This document shows, piece by piece, positions 11,903 through 25,983 of a DNA stretch of 64,000 nt (its first letter is position 1; every line of letters starts with the position of its first letter). The notes beneath the pieces are model-generated. The model was not told where the DNA came from. It saw nothing but the letters and a program-made list of their open reading frames with translations, and searched no databases. The position numbers and the translations under genes were made by a program. Origin of the DNA: Eledone cirrhosa (Eukaryota); NCBI GenBank assembly GCA_964016885.1, contig OZ024755.1:23436001-23500000 (forward strand). Direction: 5' to 3'.

Positions 11903-12312
11903 TTAAATTGAAAGTTTCATGTTAAAAGCTATAGTCTTATTTTCAAAAATCTTGAAAAGATTTACTTATTAAACTGGTGTTTGGAACACAACTTAACAAA
12001 AGCTCTTGTATAAAATTATGATGAAAGGTTTTCAGATAAATATAAACACTTTAAAATATACAGCTTAGTATTATAGGAGCAAGGGTTAAATCCATCATGA
12101 TTTTTACAGTATCACAAGAGCCACAGCTTAATTCTATTCTGAAACTGAACTTGTTTGCTGTGTTCTAAAATCTACCTTTATTGGACCAGAAAACATTTAA
12201 ATTAACAGAAATTCTAACATACTAAATTTTAGACATTTTCAAATGAATTAAATATCTGACAGCTTATTCTAAGCTTATATAAGCAGAGAAACACAACGAA
12301 AGAGATTCTCAC

Positions 12313-12478
12313 ACTTTCTTTGTCTCTTGGACGTCTAACTCCTGAGGATGAAGGTAAAGATGTATTACCAAGACCTGCACCAGGTCTTGGTCTTCTGTTT
12401 GATGTAGCAGCAGCAGCAGTAGCAGCGGCACTGGCACGTTGGTCCTCTTCATCTTGTAATTTTTTGGCAAGTTCAAGA
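12313..12478 (-). CDS. MINDY1/2: MINDY1/2 exon with the second MIU motif and basic pre-CaaX tail
   Basis: Acceptor ggatcag|T and donor AGT|gtgaga; 166 nt, phase 2 to 0. Reads (S-D)LELAKKLQDEEDQRAS...RRPRDKES, matching SDLELAKKLQEEED of MINDY2. Confidence 0.92.
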
Positions 12479-12645
12479 CTGATCCAACCAAACAGTACAT
12501 AAAAAGGAAGAAAAAAAAAAAACAAATCACAAAATGTTTAGTATAAAGATTGATAAAGATGAAATAATTTATAGACATAAACATAAGGATTTTAAACATA
12601 GACACATACCAACAATTATTTGAGAGGCTTTTCATTAGTTGAATG

Positions 12646-12852
12646 TATATTGCTCAGGTCTCCAGCATACAGAGGGCAGCTGATGGAGTGGGTAGGATTC
12701 TAGGATTCATCCTAAAATATTTTCACCAATTCTACCTGTATATACTGATGAACTTATATTGCTCAGATCCCCAGTATACAGAGGGCAGCTGAGAGGAGGA
12801 GGTAGGATTCTAGGATTAATCTTAAAAATATTTTCACTAATTCTACCTGTAC
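12646..12852. repeat. ~110-bp imperfect direct duplication in a MINDY intron
   Basis: TATATTGCTCAG..ACAGAGGGCAGCTG..GGTAGGATTCTAGGATT..TTCTACCTGTA occurs twice. Confidence 0.85.
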
Positions 12853-13003
12853 ATGCTGTTACATCCTTATATAGTTCACACTAGCATAGCTATATATATA
12901 TATATACACACACTGTCTTTTGTATATAAAAGAAAAAAAGTGTGAATAAAGAAGATATATAGTAAAACTAACAATGCATCCTAAATTCAAGAAAGTTACT
13001 CAC

Positions 13004-13153
13004 TCGCTAAGTTGTGGATGGTGACCTTGTTGATCAAGTAAACTTCCACTTTCAGTATTATCACCAGCGCTACATCCAGGGCCACCTGTCTGGTTTGACC
13101 ATGCTTCCCGTTGTAATTTCTGTTCTCGGTCCAATGACAATGCAACCAAATAA
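13004..13153 (-). CDS. MINDY1/2: MINDY1/2 exon with the first MIU-like motif
   Basis: Acceptor ttttattttag|T and donor GA|gtgagt; 150 nt, phase 2 to 2. Joined to the previous exon it reads DQ-D-YLVALSLDREQKLQREAW...HPQLS, matching DQDYL(I/M)ALSL of MINDY1/2. Not in the ORF track. Confidence 0.9.
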
Positions 13154-16100
13154 CTAAAATAAAATTTAGAAACAAGATTATTTCTATAAGTTATATGTCA
13201 TCATCAGCATCATCACTATTTAATGTTCACTTTTCAATGTTTGCATGGGTTGGATGGGTCTTTTCAAGCACAGCATCTCTCCACTTATGTTCCTTTGTGA
13301 GCTTCAACAATTTGAGAACAAGTCTCTCCACCCAAGTCTTTCATGGTCAACCTCTACAGTGGTTTCATTCCACTTGAATTTCTTGGCATTTCTTCACCAA
13401 TGTGATTATAAGAAACAAGATGAAGATAGTAGTCTGAATAAATTGGTGTATAACAATGATTTTTAATTTAGGCACAAGCCCAGGGGAAAGGGAAAGTCAG
13501 TTAAATCAACACCAGTTCATTACTGGTACTTTATGTTATCGACCCTGGAAGGACGACAAGCAAAGTTAACCTCGATGGGATTTAATTACTCATCTCAGAA
13601 ATACAAACAAAATTCTTAATTCTAAATGTGACCAGAATAAAGTCAGAATGTCTGACAACAAGAGTTCTTATCGTATTGTGAAGCTAGACATTGGATTTTA
13701 TCCATTCATCTTTCAATTGTTGATGAACTACAACAAATTTGAATAAAGTATGGAAGAATGGATGTAAAATTGATGATGACGATGATGATGATGAAAGAAA
13801 ATATTGTATGAGCTGAGGGAGTCTAACAGTGAATATGGTGTATATAACCTTGTTGGTTTTAAGAGATTTATCAGATTATTTGAAGTAAAATATTAACATT
13901 GTGAGAAACTTTATAATGAGAACTGTGTGGTAAGCTTTGGATGAACAAAATGAAAGATAGTTTCATCTGTTGTAAAGTTAATTGACATTATTTACACAGA
14001 TATAAGGGTGGTGGATTAGCAGTATCGGTAGCGGGTCGGACACCATGCTTTGCAGCATAGAGGTACGGTCCTTTACAGTCTGCATTCAAATCCAGCCATG
14101 GTTAACTTTGCCTTTCATCCTTACAGGGTTGATAAAATAAAGTACCAGTAATACACTGGGGTAATTGCTGGCCTTGTACCAAAAGTAGAAACAATTATTA
14201 AATCATTCTTCAAATCCTGCTGAGGTTAATTTTGCCTTTCCTCCTTACGGGGTCGATAAAATAAAAGTACCAGTAATACACTGGGGTAATTGCTGGCCTT
14301 GTACCAAAAGTAGAAACAATTATTTAACAGATATTGCTCTTGAGAAAGGGCAAGAATATCATACAATCCCATCTTCTTATAAATATGTGACCTTGAGCAT
14401 AAAAATAAAAGAACAACAAATTTTATATACACACACATAAACCAAGATTGAATCTTGTTTAATGTTTGTACATTTACTCCTGACTAAGAGGATGTTGGTT
14501 TATCACATTTTTTGTTGCATTTATTTTTCTACGTTGGCAGAGGTGACAAAGTTTTTGTAAATTTAATTATTTGCATAATGTATCATTATTTGTAATGTGT
14601 TTTACTAGCAAATATCATGTCTTTTTTATTATGTCATCAGGTAGATGATTCTGTTAATCGAGAGAAGTTGTGCTGTATAGGAGGTATTCCACTATTAGAG
14701 AGAGAGAGGGAAAGAGAGTGAGAGAGCGAATATGTTTTTATATATTTATTTTGTTATTTTATAGTTTCAATAAGTGGACTGCAGCCATGCATTTAGAATG
14801 GTGGCAGTGAATTGGTAGAATTGCTAGAGCATCTGATAGAAATGCCTGCAGTATTTACTCTGGCCCTCTCTGCTCTGAGATCAATCTCTGCAGAGGCAAA
14901 ATTTTCCTCTCATCCCTTTGGAGGTCAATAAATAAAGTAGCAGTCAAGTACTGAAGGGCATGACTGGTGCTTTATTTTATCAACCCCGTAAGGATGAAAG
15001 ACAAAGTTAACCTTGGCGGGATTTGAACTCAGAACGTAAATGGCCATAACTCTATGCTGTGAAGCATGGTGTCTGATGCGCGATTGATACTGCCAATCCA
15101 AAGAAACAACAATAACATTGAATAATTTTCTTCCTAAAAAGGAAATGAACCCTTTTGAAACCAACCTGCCTGAAACCTCTCCTTATTCTATCAAAATGTA
15201 CACAAAACTGCCTATTTTAAAGTAGTCATCATCATTGTTTAATGTCTATCTTCCATTCTAGCATGGGGTTAGATGGGAATTGTCCCACATGGGGCAAGAT
15301 TGGTCAGGTAACTGTGACTTGCTCGTATACGACTATCTGGCAGGTTTTCTATGGCTGGATGCCCTTCCTAACACCAACCACATTTACAGTGTGGACTGGG
15401 AGCCTTTTTACCATGTCTCCTACATGACCACTTTACAGTGTGGACTGGGTGCTTTTTGTCGTGACACCTACAAGACCACTTTAGTGTGGACTGGATGTTC
15501 TGTGGTATCAACATAACTTTACAAAGAAAGATTCATACTTATATTAAAACTTATTGTTCATACTTATATTAAAACCTTCATAATTCTATGTAAGATCTTT
15601 TTGTTAAGTAATGCTTCAAACACTATCATAATAATGAATAAGATGTTTTACTAAATTCCTCCAATTTTTTTATTGAAACCTACTGGCAGTGTATTTCATC
15701 AGAAATATGGCAATAAACGAATCAAGTAAAGAATCTGTTGTTCCAAGCCAACGTAGCATTATAAAAATAACTGCAAAAATGATAAAGTAATTCGTTTTAC
15801 AGCTAGTAATGAAAATGTGGAATAGGCCCACAGTTTGATAAATAACTAGTGGTCTTTGTTTAACAAACTTGTATATTTCTGAAAGGATTCCTTTTACTTA
15901 AACAGAAAATGTTTGTTACATCTAGGAATAGAAAAATACCACAGCATGGCCACAGCCAACTAGCTAGCTGAAAAAAACCAGAGTTGAATAGTTTCTTCGT
16001 AAAGCACGTAGAAAACAAACAAAAGATGAAAAATATAATATTTACTGGAATATGATTGAAAACTTAAATAAATAAAACTGTAAACAAGCAAGAGTATTTC

Positions 16101-17831
16101 TTTTAGATTATCATAGCTAAATCATCATCATTATGGTTTTTTGTGGATTGGCAGACTCGGTAGAGGGTCGGACGCCATGCTTTCCAGCATAGTTACGTCC
16201 CTTTACGATCTGAGTTCAAATCCCGCCGAGGTTGACTTTGCCTTTCATCCTTACTGGGTCGATAAAATAAAGTACCAGTAATGCACTGGGTGATTGCTGG
16301 CCTTGTGCCTAAAGTAGAAACAATTATGGTTTTTTGTGTCTGGTTTTTCTTTTTTACTGCTGGATGCCCTTCCTAATACCAACCCATACCTTATCTTTTG
16401 CTAATATTCATTAAACAGCTATGTTGCAAAATGTATTGTTTATGGGCGGCATAATTAATGAAACTCTTGGTGTTTCTAAACAGAATTTATATAACATTTT
16501 GTGATGACTGACACAAACACATGCACACATATTCACATACACATAATTTTAATCACCACCTTTTTGTTTTTTGAAACCACTACCTTTATTGATTGATAAC
16601 CAGTAATTACGATATTCTATTAAAATAAACATTTCAGATGTCTGTGGGAAATTAGAAATTACTTGGTAGCTTGCTGTGACAAACCTAAACTGTTGCGACA
16701 CTATGGCTAATCTTTTTGTTACCATATTTCATATTTGACAAAAATCATAGGCACTGCCTATGATTTTTGTCAAATAATTTTGAAAATAATCAAGAATTTG
16801 GAAAGATTTAGAAATATAACTAACTTTCTCATTATTGAGTTGAAGTTTAGAGCATGACTTAACAAAGGTCCTTATATAAATTCATAATGGAAGACGTTTC
16901 ATCATCATCATCATCATCATCGTTTAACGTCTATCATCCATGCTAGCATGGTTTTAGATAAATTTAAACATCATCAGATCAGGTGAATTGCCTGGACCAA
17001 ATATAAACATTTTTGAAGTAAACAGCTTTGTATGATAGTAACTGTGGCAGTTTAGTAATAAAAGGGTAAAATTGAATGCTTCATCAGCCAGTGATGAAGC
17101 CTCTTTGTTATCTCTTTCTTGATTTGTTAAAAATAATGGTTAAATCTTCCCTGGATCACATCCTATTCCCTTCAAAATGAAGGAAATATTGAATAATATT
17201 GACCTAGATACACTATGTCTTAGAAAAAGATGAAATGATCATGAGTGGAACACACCTCATAGGCCTGCTTAATCAAGGATGACCTGGTGTTAAACAACAA
17301 TAATCATTGCTCTAAATTCAACCATTTGATATATATTGCCATCTTGCTATTTTGCAATGTTAACTATATTACCATTGTTATATATTTATAAACTGGAATA
17401 CACAGTTCATATTGAAAATGGTTAGCTGGTGATGCAATAGTTGATAACTGAAAATATCAAAACTCATACGGATAAGGTTGTATGTATAGTCCCATAACTC
17501 CTGATAGAGTTGTAGGGGTGCTGTATTGACATACGGCATTTCAAGCCTGGCGGAGCCCATTCCTCTATAGGCCTGAGTACAGTAGATTTCTTCCAGACAA
17601 AGATAGAAAGTGAGTGCGAGGAAATGAGAAAGAGATAAAGAGGAAGAATCTACTCTAGTACTAAACTGGTACTTTTTATCGACCCCAGAGAGCCGGAACG
17701 AATAACATAAAGCATTCTATCTGACGTGCTAACAACTCTGCCAATTTGGCACCTAAGGATAAGGTTAGATATACAAATTAAGACTTAACAAATGTCAGAT
17801 GTAGTAACTGAGAGATATCATTTTATTAAAC

Positions 17832-18293
17832 ATACTAGCAGAAAAACTACCTTTCGGGTGGTTTTCTGCTAGCATGTGTAGTGTGTATATTGATATTATA
17901 TGCAAGTATATATACATGTAGATACGATACATCAAATAAAATCGTAATTGACAATATACACAGAAATTGAATGAAGACTGTGTTACACTTGTTTATGTAA
18001 TCAGTAACGTAATCCATGATACATTAAAAAAAAGACGATATTATATATAAACTGAATTAGGAAAAAATTAGTATGTTTATTTAAGCAATGGCCAATTGGA
18101 AGTGTTGACATTTCAGAAATTTTAAAGAAGTGAATCTTTAAATAAACAAAATATATTTAATCAACAGCCACGGAATTTAGTAGATAAATTATGTAATATT
18201 CATTCACAAAGTAATCCAACTTATTTTACTAATGGGATAAAAAATTATAAACCGTACACAGTCCCACGCTCCCCCTTTATTATAGTTTAGATT
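17832..18293 (+). mobile_element. Possible non-autonomous Helitron/Helentron-like element
   Basis: 5' end ATACTAGCAGAAAA...TTTTCTGCTAG forms a hairpin; 3' end CCCTTTATTATAGTTTAGATT. Classification rests on resemblance only. Confidence 0.4.
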
Positions 18294-18934
18294 AGCTAAT
18301 CACTAGTTTGCAGCCTGTAATACAATACTGTACAATTGTAAATTATTCCATTAGAACAATAACCAGAATGTCATATGTAAAAGAGTCTAAGAATGTCAAG
18401 AACAGACATTTGTAAGAGTGTTTTAGTCTAGTTTGACAATCTACATTTAATAAAAATTATATTAGTATCAGTAGATACTAATACAATTAGTAAATGGTAT
18501 GGAACCAGACTGGATGTGTGATAATGAAATAACAATATATATATCATCATCATTATCGTTTAACGTCTATCGTTTGCTCTATATATATATTATGAGTCCT
18601 GGGTTCAATTGGGGGTAACCACAGTAAGTAAGGTACTCAATATATTAGTAGAAAAATCTGAAAAATTAATAAGCCGGGGAGATGATTATTCAAGACATGG
18701 GAGTATATAACTAGCATATTTTGTTTAGTAAGCAGATTCTCAAATTTTAAGAAACAACCATTTTCTAATGCTTAGTTAAAAAATAGTCATGAAAATTTAG
18801 TTGAACAGTAAGTAAAAGGTTTTCTAACAACTTCTCAGAAATCAATATTCATTGCTGTTTGCTGAAGTCTATAAGTGTGCCTCATTTCGTGCAATGCTTG
18901 ACCAGAATAAATTTACAGAAGCAGAAGAACTTAC

Positions 18935-19137
18935 TCTTGGTCAATTTGCTGATCAGTACCTATTGGCACGAGTGGGGGTGTGACAGCAGTGGTGGAAGAT
19001 GCAGAATCTGGTTTGGTATAAGTGTGGAATGATGTGTCAACAAAATAACAGTCTCCTTCAACGCTGGACAATGTTTCCCAAACCACATTGCTTTCATTTA
19101 AGAAGCCTTGATCAGTAACTAGTAGAAACAATTCATT
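18935..19137 (-). CDS. MINDY1/2: MINDY1/2 (FAM63)-family deubiquitinase, internal exon encoding the end of the catalytic domain
   Basis: Acceptor ttcctttctatttcag|AAT and donor GA|gtaag. Translates NELFLLVTDQGFLNESNVVWETLSSVEGDCYFVDTSFHTY...QQIDQ, matching the MINDY1/2 motif LYLLVTDQGFLxExxVVWESLxNVxGD. 203 nt, phase 0 to 2. Confidence 0.93.
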
Positions 19138-20395
19138 CTGAAATAGAAAGGAAAAAAAATGATGAAGAAAAAAATAATCTTCTTGAACAAACTAATTTTA
19201 CAATTGATTACTTGCGTGAAAAGACAGAACAAATAGACTTTGTTAAAGGCACCAGCTTTTCAGGATAGATTTTGCACCAAATGTCAGTTGAGAAATGTTA
19301 AATCGGTGTTGGGAAGTTAATGCAAGTTAAAGACTTAATGCAAGCTGAAGTAACTGAGTCAGAGGTAATATTTACAAAAGGGTCGAAGTTTTGTTGGAAC
19401 AGTTTTAACCCTATTTGAATAGGGTTGGTAAATATTAGTCCCCAAACAAAAGAAGATTACTTGTGACATTCACACTCCTTGTATTCAAATAAAACCCATG
19501 TAGCATATCCGGAAAATATCTGCAGTTTGAGTAAGATGTTTACTGAATGCAGTCGCACAGTAGTACCTTGCAATATTGGTTTCAAATAAGCAGTTTATCA
19601 AACAGCAACATCATTAATTGAAAAAGTCAAAGATTACCAGAAGAATGGCATTAAAAGGAATTGCTTATATTTTTGCAGTCTGCCTACATTGTAGTAAGTT
19701 TATTCCTTTTCCCTACAACAATCACTTCCAAACTCCTTCTAGAATTGTTTTTTTACATGTATACAGAAAGAGAAAATATTATTTTAATGAAAAACATGTT
19801 ACTACCACAAACCTGTCAACTCACCCCGTCCGACCGGGAGATCTCCCACCCAGTTTGGTGTGGATGAGAGATGTCTTCTCTTGTGAAAATGGGTATAGCT
19901 TTCATTATGTAAAATCTCCCCATTTTGCCTCATTTCTCTTGTTGTTAAAATTTAAGATATCTTCCAAGTTACTGTTCATCTAATTTGGTTTCTTTCAGAA
20001 AAATATTTTATTATTGTTATTACTATTATTGTCAACATTATCATTATTATTTTGGATTATTAAGGGAAGTGCATTGGCAGAATCGGTAGAGTGTCAAACA
20101 ATATGCTTTACGGCATAGAGTTATGACTCTTTACATTCTGAGTTCAAATTCTATTGAGTGCTCTACCCTGCATACTTACTCGAATTAATTATATATATAT
20201 AGGTTAGTGGTTAGAATGTTGGGCTTGCAATCATGAGGTTGTGAGTTTGATTCCCGGACTGGCTGATTCACTGTGTTCTTCAGCAAGATACTTTATTTTA
20301 CATTGTTCTAATTTACTCAGTTGTAGAAATGTGATGTGACATAACTGGTGCTAAGATGTATTGGTCAATTAGTCAAAATATAAATGCGCAAACAC

Positions 20396-20590
20396 ATCAT
20401 CATCTTCGTTTAATGTCCATCTTCCACGCTAGCATGGGTTAGACGGGAATTGTCCCACTTGAGGCAAGGTTGGTCGGCTGACCGTGTCTTGCTCATATAG
20501 GACTATCTGGCAGGTTTTATACTGCTGGATGCCCTTCCTAACACCAACCACATTTACAGTGTGGACTGGGAACTTTTTACCGTGTTACCT
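20396..20590 (-). mobile_element. SINE family 3 with an RTE-like 3' tail; other copies at ~15228 (-), 23290 (-), 25193 (+), 52658 (-), 53380 (+)
   Basis: Shared GTTAGGAAGGGCATCCAG block and AACCCATGCTAGC..GGA..TTAAAC(GAT)n tail resembling the tail of the RTE at 25940-25983. Confidence 0.75.
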
Positions 20591-21859
20591 ACAGCGTGGA
20601 CTGTGTTTTTTATTTTTTTGTTGTGACACCTACACAATCTCGATCTCATTATCTCATTTATTTGGACTGGATGTTGTGGTACCAACTTTACAGAGAGAGG
20701 GTGGTGTTAGTGGGAGTGGGAGGATAGGGTAGGGTAGTAGATTCGGGTGTATATTTGGTTAAGAGGTGCCTACTGACTGTAAGTTTCGCTTTGTACATAG
20801 GCAAGGCGGATCTTCTGTAGCGCCAAAGATCTCGGTCACAGATACACAAAAATACACACTCATAGACATACATTCACGCAAACACACACATATATACTCA
20901 CACACAGCGAAGCAAATGGAACATCAGCTGCTGTTTTGCTATACCTTTTTCACCGGATACGACCGGTTTATATGCTACAGGGTTAAAGACAGAAACTATA
21001 TTATTCACTTTGGTGTAAAATTCAGATGAATTTCACAACTGTCACTCAAATGGATAGCTTTACACAGCTGAAGGAAGTGAAATTAAAACAACAGATTAAA
21101 TTAGCAGGGTTTTCTTCCTACAGATCTATTTTCTTATATGCAAAGGGATCAGGATATTTTTTACTGAACGAAGATTATTTTTTTCTTGGTTTCAAAATAT
21201 ATTTATTAGTTTTACTCTGTTCACATATAGTTGTTATCAAATCTGTGTACATTTTTCTAAACAGAACAATAATTACATATCTTTATGGCTTTATTTCAAT
21301 AACCAGCTGGAATAAATTCCAAATTTCTTGATTTTTTAACCTTATAAAATAATTTTGCATTTAAACTGGCTGTATCTGGCCAGAATTCTCTCACCTCTTT
21401 CTGTTTAAACCAACCGTAACCAGCCCCTCATACTGATGTTACAGTATTGTTTCAAAATAAATAACATCAAAATCTCATAGATTCAATATTATGTGAAATA
21501 GAGCCTTTATTGCAAAAATATAATAGTAAATATAAAGTAATGTAAATGCTAAAGGGTTAAAGTTTATAAAAAAAAGTGCTGTCTCTGATCAAGACGAAGC
21601 AAGAATATATTTGAATTCATAGAAAAATTAGAAAACTCATTGCTAGAACAGCCATTAAAATAGCCAAATGTTGTCAATGATAGTGATTGGCAAAAATTCT
21701 CCAGAGGACAGAGACCAGCGGTCAGCAGTTGGCAGGGAGACAATCCACAAGGTGGGTGACAAGCAGTTGACATATAGAAAAGATTGAGAGAGGAGGAAGA
21801 CAAGGAAAAGTGTGTTGGCACATAGAAGTGACTGGAAGAGGCAAATAATTTATTACATA

Positions 21860-21934
<75 letters not shown>

Positions 21935-22814
21935 GATATTTGTTCGCAATTTTCAACTGCTAATTTTATGCAAATTTTTTTTACTTCCGTTGTCACTCTT
22001 GTCTTCATAAAAACAGTGACTATATTTCCATTATTTATTTTCAGAATAATTGATTATGAATAATTTTGAACCTCCAAATTTGTGGAAGAGACACGGAGTT
22101 CTTCTTGGAATCCGTGCCGGGAGGACAAATAAGGAAATTTCAGACTTTCTCAGCGTCAGCAGAAGAATGGTGTCTCATCCAAAGACGTGCCCAGAGTCAT
22201 GCAGACAAAGTTTCCAGTGACAACATTGGTCTTAGGTGTCGTCAGCAGTCAAGGTGACGTCATGCCACCTCACTTCTTGCCTGAGGGCCTCAAGCTGAAC
22301 ACCGATGGCTACATCCGCGTTCTGAGCGAGGTAATAAAGCCCTGGATCGACCAGGTAGCTGCAGGTAGGCCGTACGTGTGGCAGCAAGACTCAGCGCCCA
22401 GCCATACCAGCCAAAGGACCCAAGCCTGGCTGTCAGAGAACTTCGTCGACCACACTTCACCTGACATCTGGCCTCCCAGCTCACCTGACTGCAACCCTCT
22501 CGATTTCTTTGTGTGGGGTGCAGTGGAACGAGACACCAACAGATCTAGCTGCAATACGAAAGACGATCTGAAGGCCAGGATCACAAATGCCTTTAGGGGC
22601 CTAAGTCGGGAGACAGTGACGAAGGCCTCTAGCCGGTTCCGAGGCCGCCTTGAGGCCGTCATGAAAGCCAATGGCAGGTTTATCGAGTGAGATTGAAAGA
22701 ACAAGTCATGAAGACAAACTGACCCAAGTTTGATAAATATATCTTAAAAAATAAAACTACTGTGTTATCTTTTCCTAGACAGTAATCTTGCGAACAAATA
22801 TCGTCTGCACCCTG
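21935..22814 (+). mobile_element. Internally deleted Tc1/mariner-superfamily transposon, DD37D (maT) family
   Basis: ORF 22187-22690 contains WQQDSAPSH...WPPSSPDCNPLD with 37 residues between the last two Asp. An HTH-like N-terminus starts at ATG 22056 (MNNFEPPNLWKRHGVLLGIRAGRTNKEISDFLSVSRRMV) in another frame. Right TIR 22788-22814 is followed by TA; only the inner 15 bp of the left TIR remain (21935-21949). Confidence 0.92.
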
Positions 22815-25589
22815 TATATATATATATATATATATATTTTAGGTAGTAATATATATATTTTAGGTAGTAAGAATAAGAAATTTGGTGATACTAAGACCAT
22901 TTAGTTTTTAGTTAGTAACAGCTTCAAATAGGATTTAAATGGTATTTCAATTCTGCTACATATATGTACTTAGGTAAAACTAAACTAACAGAATTAGAGC
23001 AGTAATTTAAAGGCTTTGTTTTACTTCCTCTCTGAACAGTTGTTGATTATCTGGAAGTCAGTGTGACCCACATTAGAATTCCGCTACAAGTCAGGGTGGC
23101 CAACATTAGAATCCTGCTCATATATCTAAAGAATAGTAGTTACTAGAGAGCTCAGGTTTCGATCCAAAAGAATTGAATAAATTCAAAAAGAAAATTTACA
23201 TTATATTGTTCAGCATTTCATGGATTCTACAGGTTGCTATGGTACTTGGCAGGTTAGAGAACCATGTTTTGCTCATGGGTTCCATTTTTAGCATGGTTTC
23301 TGTTGCTGGATGCCTGTCCTAATGCCAACCACTTTACAGAGTGTACTGGGTGTATTTTATGGTGACACGAACACAAGAGAAGTTGTTGTGTCCTCATCAA
23401 GGTGAAGAGAGGTACTAATGGGAGAGGGGATATGTGGTGGAGGTGGTGTTAATATGATGGCAGAGGCACTGTGGAGGGAGCAATTGTAGCTAAGAGAAAT
23501 AAAAGAGGACAAGAGAGAGCTCATGTGTTGGGTGAAAGATGTTGCTAGAAGTGGCCACGAGAAGGGTGAGTGATGACTGGCAGCTCACAATACTTTAATT
23601 CTAAATATCCAATTAACCATATAGGTAAACAGATTCTACATATTATATTAACATTTTTTAGAATATTTTTTAATTATTAGAGATCTCAGAACTGGGGAAT
23701 AAGAGATGTTTGCCTGACATCTGTTAATCAACTCTGTCTTATACAGAAATATTGGTTTGATTACATGAACATTTTTTTCCCCAAGAGTAGGAAGAGAAGT
23801 CAAATGAAATAACACTAACTAAACAGTAAGCCAACTGTAAACAGATCAACATAATATCTCTATAATCATTTGAATGAGAAAGGTTTTCTTTATCAAAAGA
23901 AAGAAAGTACTGTTAAAGTTTTTAGCAGCGTAAATGAACTTTGCTTTTATTACACTGTTTTATCAATAGTCTCCATTTGGAAGACGAGAATACTGACATT
24001 AAAGACACCCATCAATTGAAAAATCTCAATAAATCACTACCAGAAGCCAGGTTGTCGCTATTAGGGCGGTGGTTTGGCAGTATCGGTAGAGCGTCAGACA
24101 CCATGCTTTGCAGCATAGAGTTATGGCCGTTTACGTTCTGAGCTCAAATCCTACTGAGGTTAGATTGTCAGTATCGGTAGAGGGTTGGACGCCATGCTTT
24201 GCAGCACAGAGTTATGGCCCTTTACGTTCTGAGTTCAAAGCCTGCTGAGGTTAACTTTGCCTTTCATCCTTATGGGGTTGATAATATAAAGCACCAGTAA
24301 TGCACTGGGGTAATTGCTGGCCTTGTGCCAAAAGTAGAAACATTATTATTACTACTACAAGTTGTTGACCAGATGTTCTGTACAGGAATGTTGATTTATA
24401 GAAGAGGCTAATCCATTATCTGTTCATAAGACTCAAAAGTTGGGTGAATGAATTCATTGTAATGCATTCATTTCAAAAGTAATTCTGATTAAATCTAAGC
24501 AGACATTCTTAAACAAATTTTCTTTAGAGTAGTGAGTCTGTTTCATAGAATAATACTATGCTTGCTTACAGTGATTTCAATTCAAAATAAACCCTGATTA
24601 AAGTTATTCTTGCATAAACTCTGATTTATAAGCAGTTTTGATTGGAGGAACAGAGAAAGAAAAAAAAAAAAAAAAAAAAAAAGGATTTTTTCAGGGGTGC
24701 AGTAGGGTTACTAAATTCCAATCATCATCATTATGAAACATCCCTTTTCCCTGCTAGCAAGGGTTGGATGGATCATCACAGACCAAGTCAACACTCAAGC
24801 AGAGCTGCTCACCTCTCAGTTTTCAGATTGGTGAGATGTGTCAGATTTATCCCTGGATATCGGCAGGTATATTGCTCTATATACTATTTTTGCTTCTATA
24901 TTTCTCGTTGAATGCTGAAGACAATACCCCTGGTGGGTATTCTTAGTCCCCTGTAGTTTAATTATAATCGATAGTTTGTGATCAATAATCGATTACAGGG
25001 ATTGATTTTTAACTACAGTCTACTGAATACGAAATAGCGGTACTGATTCCATCTTGTGTACATATTCCTCTCTGAAATATGTATTTAGTATATATAAAAT
25101 ATATTGTGTATTCTTTATGATATATGGTTATTTCTCTCTCTATATATATACATATATCTTTTACATTTGATATATATATCTATATACATCTCAGTTGATG
25201 TTAGGAAGGGCATCCAGCCGTAGAAAACCTGCCAAAAACAGTTCTGTACGAGAAGAATCTTGCCTGAAGTGGGACAAAACCATCCAACCCATGCTAGTGT
25301 AGATGGATGTTAAACGATGATGATGATGATGATGATGATGATATATATGAGTGCAAGTGTGTGTACATATTCAAGTATTACAGTTTGTTAATGAAAGAGG
25401 AAGAGTATATTAAAAATAATTCAGTTTAAATATTGTCTGATAGATTGATTATATATATATATATATATTAAAATAACAGATTAAAGTTTAAGCAAAGAAT
25501 CGCTGCCTTCACCCTTAACGGGATCTTCTGAAACTTCCGTTAAGGGTGAAGGCAGCGTTTCTTTGCTTAAACTTTAATCTGTTATTTTA

Positions 25590-25983
25590 TATGCGACGGC
25601 TGGAGAGAAATGAAGCAAGTATGCTCCATTGGATGTGCAATGTCAATGTGTGTGAACGACCAGGCATGGACGAGTTGAGAAAGAAACTGGGTATAAGAGG
25701 GATAAGTTGTGGTGTGCAGGAAAGAAGGCTGAGATGGTACGGACATGTGATGCGCATGGAGGATGACCGCTGGGTAAAGAAGTGCCAAGAAATCCCAGTA
25801 GAAGGAAGATGCAGTAGAGGTAGACCACAAAAAACATGGGCGGAGGTGGTGAGAGCAGACTTCAGATCGCTGAAACTCACCGAGGAGATGACAAAGGACC
25901 GTGACAAGTGGAGAGATGCGATGCTGAATAGGACCCGTTCAACCCTTGCAAGCAGGGAAAAGCGGATGTAAAATGATGATGAT
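25590..25983 (+). mobile_element. 5'-truncated RTE-clade LINE 3' end
   Basis: Translates RRLRWYGHVMRMEDDRWVKK...GRCSRGRPQKTW, typical of the RTE ORF C-terminus, followed by a short tail and (GAT)n. Confidence 0.88.

Noticed and set aside
12112-12138. Alternative terminal exon NRIKLWLL* on the minus strand
   Set aside because: The pyrimidine tract is poor and there is no family similarity; the CTIL exon fits much better.
12229-12635. ORF-track calls as standalone genes
   Set aside because: Only 12313-12478 is exon; the remainder is intron read-through or a shadow frame.
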